This document shows, one piece after another, positions 1 through 5,840 of a DNA stretch of 8,460 bases. The stretch covers positions 1 through 8,460 of the forward strand of contig PWLL01000113.1 of NCBI GenBank assembly GCA_003559395.1, given 5' to 3'. The position numbers were made by a program, and so were the translations under genes. The notes below the pieces were generated by a model. It saw nothing but the letters and a program-made list of their open reading frames with translations. It had not been told where the DNA came from and ran no database searches. The stretch is from Candidatus Iainarchaeum sp. GTDB lineage: Archaea; Iainarchaeota; Iainarchaeia; Iainarchaeales; CSSED10-239. Within the stretch, counting starts at the first letter, position 1. Every line of letters begins with the position of its first letter.

Positions 1-107
1 ATCTGATTCGTACGGTCCTGGACGAGGATTTGGCTTGAGTGTCCGACGGACTCGAAGCATGCAGCAACCCAGGTCCGCGCGGTCCTTGCCGGCGCCCGTT
101 TCGGGGC

Positions 108-130
108 TAACCCGACTTTCGCAACTCAGC
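108..130 (+). repeat. Left terminal inverted repeat (IRL) of the IS1634-family element
   Basis: Matches the reverse complement of 2099-2121 at 21/23, with mismatches at 110 and 127. The core CCCGACTTTCGCAACT is a 16-bp exact match. Confidence 0.8.
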
Positions 131-203
131 CTCCAAAACCGATTTTTTCGGCCCGTCACCGGCTCCCAGGCCGCATATAATCCGGGGTGCGTCTTCAAAA
201 TCG

Positions 204-219
204 CGTGTAGTGAAGACCT
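204..219 (+). repeat. 16-bp exact direct repeat copy 1 (CGTGTAGTGAAGACCT), subterminal inside the IS
   Basis: Identical 16-mer at 2037-2052. It lies just upstream of the candidate transposase promoter, 97 bp from the left IS end. Confidence 0.7.
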
Positions 220-225
220 ACCCTC

Positions 226-253
226 TTCCCAGCGGCGTTTTCCCATGTATAAT
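226..253 (+). promoter_or_regulatory. Possible sigma70-type promoter for the transposase (TTCCCA-16 nt-TATAAT)
   Basis: A perfect TATAAT lies at 248-253, 11 nt upstream of ATG 265. TTCCCA at 226-231 sits at 16-nt spacing and matches TTGACA at 4/6. This would give a very short or absent leader. Motif match only. Confidence 0.3.
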
Positions 254-264
254 GGGTGGCCGTC

Positions 265-2043
265 ATGTTTCTACGGAGCACCAAACGGCACAAGGACGGC
301 AAGGAGCACTATTACTGGTCGCTGGTGGAGAACCGCCGCTGCAAGGGCGGAGGGGTGGTGCAACACACCGTCCTGTATCTGGGGGAGATTAACGACAGCC
401 AGAAGGAGCAGTGGATTCGGGCGATCGAGGTCTTCGACGAAGACCGGGGGCGGGCTGAACAGCTCAAGCTCTTCGCCGCGGAAGATTCCCTTTCCAATGC
501 CGCGACCGAAGGGGTGCAGGTACAGCTGAAGGACTTCGAGCTTCACCGGCCGCGCCAGTGGGGCGGGTGCTGGATGTTTACGGAGCTTTGGGAGGAACTG
601 GGGCTGGATAAGTTTTGGCGGGAGCGTTTGGGAACCTCGCGCGAAGGAACCGACTGGGAGCACGTGCTGCAGACACTGTGCTGTTACCGCCTGCTGGATC
701 CGGGCAGCGAGTGGAGGTTGCACCGCAGCTGGTTCGACCAATCGGCCATGGCCGACCTGCTCGGAGAGGATTTTTCCATCGCCGCCAAGGACACTCTTTA
801 CCGCTGTCATGACCGGCTTCTTGCCCACAAACAAGCCCTCTTCAGCTTCCTGCGTCGACGCTGGGAGGACCTTTTCGGCCTGAAGTTCGACGTTCTGCTC
901 TACGACCTGACCAGCACCTACTTCGAGAGCGATCCTCCCTTCGAAGAAGGCGACAAACGAGCCTACGGCTATTCCCGGGACAAACGCTCCGATTGTGTGC
1001 AAGTGGTCATTGCACTGGTGGTCACGCCCGAAGGCTTCCCATTGGCCTACGAGGTGATGCCCGGCAACACCGCCGACAAGACCACTCTGGGCGGCTTCCT
1101 GCAAAAAATCGAAGCTCAATACGGCAAGGCCGAACGCATCTGGATCATGGACCGGGGCATCCCCACCGAAGATATTCTCGAAGAGATGCGTCGGGCGAAT
1201 CCGCCGGTTTACTACCTGGTCGGCACTCCCAAAGGCCGCCTGGGCCAACTCGAAAAGGACCTCCTCGAACTCGACTGGCAAAACGCCAGTGAAGGTGTGC
1301 ACGTGAAGCTTCTACCGCGCCAAGGCGAGCTTTACGTTCTGGCCCGCTCCCGGGACCGCCTCAACAAAGAACAGGCCATGCGTCGGCGTCAGCTCAAGAA
1401 ACTCTGGGGCCGCTTGGCGCAACTCAAGCGGATGGCGCCAGCTCGCGATCAGCTCCTGCTCAAGCTCGGTGCCGCCCGCCAGCAATATCCGCTGGCTTGG
1501 CGCCTCGTTCAAATCGAGGTGTCCGCCGACGGAACCCTCGACTACTGCCTGCGCAAGGACAAACTGCGCCAGCGCATCCGCCGCGAGGGCCGCTACCTGC
1601 TGCGCTCCAACCTCTGTAGCCAGGATCCCGGCCAACTTTGGCGGCTCTACATGCTGTTGAGTGAAGTCGAGCAAGCCTTCAAAAACCTCAAGGGTGATCT
1701 GGCCGTACGGCCGATTCATCATCAGATCCAAGAGCGCATCGAAGCCCACATCTTTGTCGCTTTCTTGGCCTACTGCCTGCACGCCACTCTCCGCTACAAG
1801 CTATCGCGCAAAGCCCCCGGCCTGACCCCGCGCTCCCTGATCGAGCAATTATGTGCGATTCAGATGCTCGACGTGCACTTCCCCACCACGGATGGGCGCA
1901 CGCTGATCTTCAGCCGTTATACCACTCCGAACAAAACCCAGAAACTACTCATCGAACAAATCGGCTTGAAACTGCCCCCGCAATCGCCCCCACGCATCAG
2001 CGCCAAGCGCCACCTCGAACCGATGCCAGAACCACACGTGTAG
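265..2043 (+). CDS. IS1634-family (IS4-superfamily) DDE transposase, 592 aa
   Basis: The track ORF is 256..2043 (GTG start). I prefer ATG 265 because MFLRSTKRHKDGKEHYYWSLVENRR is the typical IS1634-type N-terminus. DDE candidates are D in LLYDLTSTYFE (904-906), D in IWIMDRGIPTE (1150-1152) and E in YMLLSEVEQAFKNLKGDLAVRPIHH (1669-1671). The last motif is followed by AHIFVAFLAY, giving the Y-x2-L-x3-E-x6-K ... RPI-H ... AHI signature I associate with this family. There are no frameshifts or internal stops. Confidence 0.85.
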   Translation: MFLRSTKRHKDGKEHYYWSLVENRRCKGGGVVQHTVLYLGEINDSQKEQWIRAIEVFDEDRGRAEQLKLFAAEDSLSNAATEGVQVQLKDFELHRPRQWGGCWMFTELWEELGLDKFWRERLGTSREGTDWEHVLQTLCCYRLLDPGSEWRLHRSWFDQSAMADLLGEDFSIAAKDTLYRCHDRLLAHKQALFSFLRRRWEDLFGLKFDVLLYDLTSTYFESDPPFEEGDKRAYGYSRDKRSDCVQVVIALVVTPEGFPLAYEVMPGNTADKTTLGGFLQKIEAQYGKAERIWIMDRGIPTEDILEEMRRANPPVYYLVGTPKGRLGQLEKDLLELDWQNASEGVHVKLLPRQGELYVLARSRDRLNKEQAMRRRQLKKLWGRLAQLKRMAPARDQLLLKLGAARQQYPLAWRLVQIEVSADGTLDYCLRKDKLRQRIRREGRYLLRSNLCSQDPGQLWRLYMLLSEVEQAFKNLKGDLAVRPIHHQIQERIEAHIFVAFLAYCLHATLRYKLSRKAPGLTPRSLIEQLCAIQMLDVHFPTTDGRTLIFSRYTTPNKTQKLLIEQIGLKLPPQSPPRISAKRHLEPMPEPHV

Positions 2044-2052
2044 TGAAGACCT
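2037..2052 (+). repeat. 16-bp exact direct repeat copy 2 (CGTGTAGTGAAGACCT), overlapping the transposase stop codon
   Basis: Identical to 204-219 in the same orientation. It covers the TAG stop (2041-2043) and lies ~70 bp from the right IS end. Confidence 0.7.
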
Positions 2053-2061
2053 TTGACTCCG

Positions 2062-2081
2062 GCCCCCTAAGAGAAGGGGGC
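2062..2081 (+). other. GC-rich hairpin downstream of the transposase stop (7-bp stem GCCCCCT/AGGGGGC, 6-nt loop)
   Basis: Perfect 7-bp stem 2062-2068 / 2075-2081 with loop AAGAGA. No U-tract follows, so an intrinsic-terminator role is uncertain. Confidence 0.3.
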
Positions 2082-2098
2082 TGGCGGGCCATCAAAGC

Positions 2099-2121
2099 GC
2101 TCAGTTGCGAAAGTCGGGCTA
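2099..2121 (-). repeat. Right terminal inverted repeat (IRR) of the IS1634-family element
   Basis: Reverse complement of 108-130 at 21/23. The next outward bases (107 and 2122) no longer pair. Confidence 0.8.
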
Positions 2122-2242
2122 ATAAGTGCGCGAAATCGTCGAGATCAAAACGAATGATTCTAGTAACGATGGACAGGGGCCACGTTTCAGGTGTCGGTGG
2201 CCCGGATCATGAGGGACTACGAACCTTGGCGTTCCAGGTAGG
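2120..2242 (+). repeat. Long inverted repeat X, left copy (~123 bp)
   Basis: Its reverse complement recurs at 5432-5552. There are 8 mismatches over the 109 aligned positions outside one diverged patch. That patch is 2189-2202 vs 5472-5483 and carries a 2-nt length difference. Homology ends sharply at TAAT(A/T)AGTGCG (outer edge) and CCAGGTAGG (inner edge). The outer edge overlaps the last 2 nt of the IS1634 IRR. Confidence 0.85.
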
Positions 2243-2244
2243 TA

Positions 2245-2637
2245 GTTCCCGCCCGGGCGTGACTACAGACTGGGACGCTCCTGTCCGGATTATGCGACAC
2301 TTTGGTCGCGGACACCGTCTACTGCAGTTACCTCAACTTCGCACTGCTGCAAAAGTGCGGTGTTCATGCGGTGATGGACTTGCATCAGGCCCGTAAACGC
2401 GACTTGCTGTTCGCGCAACTGACTCATTCGATCAGTCTCGCGATGTTTGCGATTCGACCCCCGCAGCCACGACCGGAATTGTTGCTCCACCGTGGATGGG
2501 TCATAAAGCAATGGGGGGAACCGTGCGTTCGCATCCCCCGCACTCCCACGCGTTTCCACCGCGTTGTTACAATACCATCCGGAAGTACTTCCAGACCCAT
2601 CTCCACCATGTCATCGTCGGCAACGGCAACGAGTTAG
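2245..2637 (+). pseudogene. Degenerate fragment of an IS4-type (DDE_Tnp_1-like) transposase; lacks the N-terminal half and a credible start
   Basis: The frame is open from 2245 (after TAG 2242-2244) to the stop at 2635-2637. The stretch LSGLCDTLVADTVYCSYLNFALLQKCGVHAVMDLHQARKRD (about 2281-2403) fits the pattern GD-x-L-V-x-DR-x-F/Y-C-SY...ALL...GV-x-x-V-M-R-L-HQ-x-R-K-x-D around the second catalytic Asp of IS4-family transposases. Here DR is replaced by DT and MRL by MDL. Downstream similarity (IRPPQPRPELL, VRIPR...RFHRVVTI) is weak. Only TTG is available as a start, and the first-Asp region is absent. Confidence 0.45.
2565..2618 (+). promoter_or_regulatory. Shared upstream element Y, copy A; contains extended -10-like TGTTACAAT (2565-2573)
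   Basis: Shares a 13-bp exact core TGTTACAATACCA and 36/54 ungapped identity with 5560-5613. It lies ~110 bp upstream of ATG 2731. A promoter role is inferred from TGnTACAAT only. Copy A also lies within the open frame of the transposase remnant. Confidence 0.35.
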
Positions 2638-2730
2638 GCAGTGCCACGCAGGAACCGTTCAGTGGCGGAAGCCTCGACTCGAACCTGTGCATCTACCGGC
2701 CCGAGAAGGGCGAATCCTCAACGCATAGCA

Positions 2731-5181
2731 ATGAAAAACAAAGATATGATCCTCACTGAAACCAATCCCCTGATCTTTCAATGGCTGTGGCGGGCTGTAT
2801 TTGGGGCGGCTTGTTGTTGTCTGATGCTCGCCTCTCCGGCGCGTGCCGATGTTCTGAACTTCAGGTACGAGGTCGGCCACTGGAAATACGAGGATCGGCT
2901 CGCATGGCTGTACCCTGTCGAGGGGGATGAGGGTGCGATCTACTACTACTCGCCTCACGCAGGATGGATGTGGCACAACCCCGCACTCGGAGAGTGGTTT
3001 TTCAGTTGGGGATTCGCATCTCCACAGTGGTCGCGACTCTCGAGTCTGGCGCGTGCCGCGCACCGCGCGGCGATTCCGCACCCCGAGTGGGCGCCCGTGC
3101 CGGCAAGCGATCCCGTCACGATTGTGTCGGCGGAGGTGGACGGGGACCGATTGCATGCTACAGTGGAGTACTTGGCCTCCGGACCCGGTTCGTTTCTCTT
3201 CCTCTTTGTGGAGGATAGTCTGGCGGACGGCAGCGCGCATGCTTGGATCAGCCGCAACGGGCGCGGGGATTCGGGGGGTGAGTTGATCCGGGAGAGTGTT
3301 ACCTTCGACCTCGCCCCGCTGGACGTCGATTGGGGCCGTTCGCCCGGGCAGTCCTTTACGCTGCGGATTCCAGTGTTTGAGGCCCTCGATATCCGGACGC
3401 ACCGCCTGACGCATGACACGGCGGGTATCAACTGGGAGACTGCGGTTCCCGCCCAAGTGAGCGTGGAGTACGGGCTGAGTGAAGGGGATCTCGCGATGAG
3501 CACGGACCTGATCGCGCTCGGCAACACGGAGCACCGAGTGGTTCTGCGCGACCTTGAGCCGGAGACGACCTATTTCTATCGGACGGTATCTGTGACCCAG
3601 CATGGGACTACAAACACGAGTTCCGTGAGCAGCTTCGAGACTGCGCCGTTGCAGAAGGCTTCCCAAGTGTCCCAGTTCGGCATCACGTGGACATTCAGCC
3701 GGGAGCATACCGTCGGGCAGTTTGTGAACGGCGACTGGTGGGTTCTCGGGCCGGTTTCGATCGTTAATATTGACCCGCGGCCGGGGCCGCACCCAAGCGG
3801 GGAGTCAATCGCCGACCGGATCCAGGCAAACGTTTGGGGAGATACGAGTCTGCGCGACAATAGTAACTGGGGAAACGGCTCAATGGTGGTGATGCGTCCG
3901 GCGGGAGGGCAGTCGTACGACTCTCGAAACTCGAACTACTCATCCAACCCGAGCAATGGTGTCCGGGTTATTCTGCAGGAAGGGCCGCGGTCGGATCCGT
4001 TCGTGCTCGAGGCGAACCGCTCGATGATTTCATCTATCAGCCATACACCGGATGACGGGTACCCGAGCCAGTTGATGTTCCACGCTATTATGTGGAGTTC
4101 GGGGAAATCCGGGGCGCGGGTGATGCGCACGGCGGCGGTGCTAACGAGTCTCCCTGAAATTCCCCCTGGCGATGCCTTCCGGCCAACGTACATCGGATCT
4201 GAAAAGCGGATCGTGCGGCTCGGTGACGTCAGGTGGGACCGGTTGCTCAACCTGAAAGCGGACTGGCGGCGCGAGGAGGTGCCGCCATGGTCGCAGTATG
4301 AACGCTATTTCGAGCGACCGTGGCTCGACCACCTCAACGGGTCATGGCAGGGGCAGCTTCTGCTGCCGTCGCAAAACCAGCCTTCGTACGGTCGTGAGTT
4401 CGCGCGTATCATCGGAACGGCATCCATGCTGCTGCACATTGACGTGCCGCTCGACCAGAAGGAGAAGCTGCTTATCGGCCTGATGCAGTACGGCATCGAC
4501 CTGCGCGGAATCGTCGAAGCGGGAGGGACATGGAACGCGGGGGGAGGCCACACCAGCGGACGTAAGTGGCCGATTCTGTTTGCCGGCCTGATGCTCGAAG
4601 ACGATCACTTCCTGAACATGCCCGAGTCGGCTGTTTTTCACGAGGATACGCAGACCTATTGGGGCCGCGGATGGCATGGACAGCGCGCTCTCTGGCAGAT
4701 GATCACGCACCACGGCACGCGTCAGCCGTACCTGCACATCTCCCCCACTGATTGGCCCGAGTGGGACAAGACTGCTTCGTTGGGCGGGCGCAGCGGCGCC
4801 CAGGTCTCTGAATCGTACCGCACCTGCTGCAACCCGATCGCATGGCCCGGGCAGACTCTGGCCGCACTCCTGATGAACGCGAAGGCGATTTGGAACCACG
4901 ACGCGTATTTCGAGGGCGTCGACGACTGGATGCGGGAGGGGGACATCTACGCCGCCAACCGGCAGGGCCGTTCGCGCCCATCCATGGAGCGCGGCCTGTT
5001 CGATCACGACATCTTTGTGGAACACATGTGGCGCCTGTACCGTACGGAAGCACCGGAACAGCCGCATGGCACCTCACACCGGATGTGGGACGTGAACCAG
5101 TCGGGAGCCCTCCGTTGGGTTCCAAACACGATGCCTACGGACCTCGGGCCGCCGGTCTACGGACCTAACCACCCGTATTGA
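2731..5181 (+). CDS. Large secreted protein of unknown function (~816 aa): signal peptide, Trp-rich module, FN3-like beta-sandwich, unassigned ~510-aa C-terminal region
   Basis: Longest ORF in the window (track 2641..5181, GTG start). I prefer ATG 2731 (MKNKDM...) for two reasons. The 30 upstream codons are Arg/Pro/Thr-rich. The hydrophobic core WLWRAVFGAACCCLMLASPARA-DV (AxA-type site ending ~2847) then sits at signal-peptide distance. The Trp-rich module is at 2881-3030. The FN3 / purple-acid-phosphatase-N-like motif VSVEYGLSEG...HRVVLRDLEPETTYFYR lies within 3427-3648. No metallophosphatase motifs follow it. No clear Shine-Dalgarno sequence is present. Confidence 0.85.
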   Translation: MKNKDMILTETNPLIFQWLWRAVFGAACCCLMLASPARADVLNFRYEVGHWKYEDRLAWLYPVEGDEGAIYYYSPHAGWMWHNPALGEWFFSWGFASPQWSRLSSLARAAHRAAIPHPEWAPVPASDPVTIVSAEVDGDRLHATVEYLASGPGSFLFLFVEDSLADGSAHAWISRNGRGDSGGELIRESVTFDLAPLDVDWGRSPGQSFTLRIPVFEALDIRTHRLTHDTAGINWETAVPAQVSVEYGLSEGDLAMSTDLIALGNTEHRVVLRDLEPETTYFYRTVSVTQHGTTNTSSVSSFETAPLQKASQVSQFGITWTFSREHTVGQFVNGDWWVLGPVSIVNIDPRPGPHPSGESIADRIQANVWGDTSLRDNSNWGNGSMVVMRPAGGQSYDSRNSNYSSNPSNGVRVILQEGPRSDPFVLEANRSMISSISHTPDDGYPSQLMFHAIMWSSGKSGARVMRTAAVLTSLPEIPPGDAFRPTYIGSEKRIVRLGDVRWDRLLNLKADWRREEVPPWSQYERYFERPWLDHLNGSWQGQLLLPSQNQPSYGREFARIIGTASMLLHIDVPLDQKEKLLIGLMQYGIDLRGIVEAGGTWNAGGGHTSGRKWPILFAGLMLEDDHFLNMPESAVFHEDTQTYWGRGWHGQRALWQMITHHGTRQPYLHISPTDWPEWDKTASLGGRSGAQVSESYRTCCNPIAWPGQTLAALLMNAKAIWNHDAYFEGVDDWMREGDIYAANRQGRSRPSMERGLFDHDIFVEHMWRLYRTEAPEQPHGTSHRMWDVNQSGALRWVPNTMPTDLGPPVYGPNHPY

Positions 5182-5204
5182 CCCGGCTAACTCGCCCGTA
5201 GAGC

Positions 5205-5232
5205 GGGCAATCGAGGACGGGCAATCGAGGAC
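5205..5232 (+). repeat. Perfect tandem duplication of a 14-bp unit (GGGCAATCGAGGAC x2)
   Basis: 5205-5218 and 5219-5232 are identical. The core TCGAGGAC(GG) recurs at 5251-5260. The repeat lies 24 nt after the stop of the 2731..5181 gene, and the unit length is not a multiple of 3. Confidence 0.85.
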
Positions 5233-5431
5233 ACCCATGTTTCGTCGCGGTCGAGGACGGCCGGCTGGGCTCGCACTCATCAACACAGGCGCCCACGGTG
5301 TCGAAATGAGCGATGGCTGCCTCATGACCACGCTCATGCGCGCGCCGTATGTCACGAAGACCGCGGTCGCCCGGGCCTGCAGGGCCAGTGGTTTTGTGGG
5401 GGCACTATAGCCGCATTGGCGTTTGTTTGAT

Positions 5432-5552
5432 CCTACCTGGAACGCCAGGGTTCGTAGTCCCGCATGATCCGGCCCCCCATCCGGAAACGTGGTCCCTGTC
5501 CATCGTTACCAGAATCATTCGTTTTAAACTCGACGATTTCACGCACTAATTA
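5432..5552 (-). repeat. Long inverted repeat X, right copy (~121 bp)
   Basis: Reverse complement of 2120-2242 (see the left copy). The outer edge at 5552 is followed within 8 nt by element Y copy B. Confidence 0.85.
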
Positions 5553-5559
5553 AATCGCT

Positions 5560-5613
5560 GTGTTACAATACCAATCGGAACTGTTTGAAACACCACCTCT
5601 TCGATGTCACATC
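5560..5613 (+). promoter_or_regulatory. Shared upstream element Y, copy B; contains extended -10-like TGTTACAAT (5560-5568)
   Basis: Same 13-bp core and 36/54 identity with 2565-2618. It sits at the start of a visibly AT-richer ~290-bp leader ahead of ATG 5841. A possible -35 (TTCACG, 5538-5543, 19-nt spacing) would lie inside repeat X. Promoter role inferred only. Confidence 0.35.
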
Positions 5614-5840
5614 CGATCTACTACTCAGTATACCCAAGACCAAAAACAGGATAAATAGTGACTACCAGGAATACTCAAGAACATGCGTTCACGGGCAAGC
5701 CGCTGATATCTGATGACGCTGATCCAACTATCGCCCCCAGATGAAATGACCCTGGATTCCCAACCGGAGGGTGACGTGGCGTCCGATTCGACCGGAAACA
5801 ACAAGCATCACCCAACCCCCAACGGGAAAGGAATGAATCC

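Larger units (their letters stand above)
108..2121 (+). mobile_element. IS1634-family insertion sequence, apparently intact (~2.0 kb)
   Basis: Terminal inverted repeats at 108-130 and 2099-2121 match 21/23 (TAACCCGACTTTCGCAACTCAGC vs reverse complement TAGCCCGACTTTCGCAACTGAGC). They bracket one uninterrupted DDE transposase ORF. The match stops exactly at 108 and 2121. No flanking direct repeat is visible. Confidence 0.8.

Noticed and set aside
3-38. Possible 3' end of an upstream gene (frame 3: LIRTVLDEDLA-stop) at the left window edge
   Set aside because: Only 11 codons are visible, and both other + frames and the minus frames are also partly open. It cannot be supported from this window.
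35-529. 164-aa + strand ORF spanning the left flank, the IS inverted repeat and the start of the transposase
   Set aside because: It crosses the IS boundary at 108 and overlaps the transposase in another frame. Its composition is Arg/Ser-rich and low in complexity. There is no support for coding.
271-1302. Long antisense ORFs opposite the real genes: 271..1302, 1312..1782, 2659..3792, 4342..5067, 4703..5125 and 6078..7316, all on the minus strand, up to 412 aa
   Set aside because: Each lies entirely opposite a + strand ORF with clear protein-like motifs. Their translations are Arg/Pro/Gly/Ala-rich with no recognisable motif, signal peptide or RBS. This is typical of mirror ORFs in GC-rich coding DNA.
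1851-2396. ORFs running through the X repeats (1851..2396 + and 5349..5549 +), including an MILVTMDRGH stretch that superficially resembles a DDE motif
   Set aside because: The two X copies differ by a 2-nt indel, so no frame is conserved between them. ORF 1851..2396 also crosses the transposase 3' end and the IS terminus. X is more likely non-coding.
2641-2730. GTG 2641 as the start of the large secreted-protein gene, as in the ORF track
   Set aside because: The extra 30 codons (MPRRNRSVAEASTRTCASTGPRRANPQRIA) are basic and low in complexity, and they would bury the signal peptide. ATG 2731 gives a normal n-region, h-region and AxA layout. The ATG at 2746 remains an alternative.
5194-5208. 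Hairpin GCCCG-TAGAG-CGGGC just after the stop of the 2731..5181 gene, as an intrinsic terminator
   Set aside because: The stem is only 5 bp and no U-tract follows. Not enough to call a terminator.
5441-5466. tRNA T-arm-like string GGTTCGTAGTCC inside repeat X (also at 2208-2233 on the other strand)
   Set aside because: The flanks do not form a 5-bp T-stem. I could not fold an acceptor, D or anticodon arm around it. Not a tRNA or a clear tRNA fragment.
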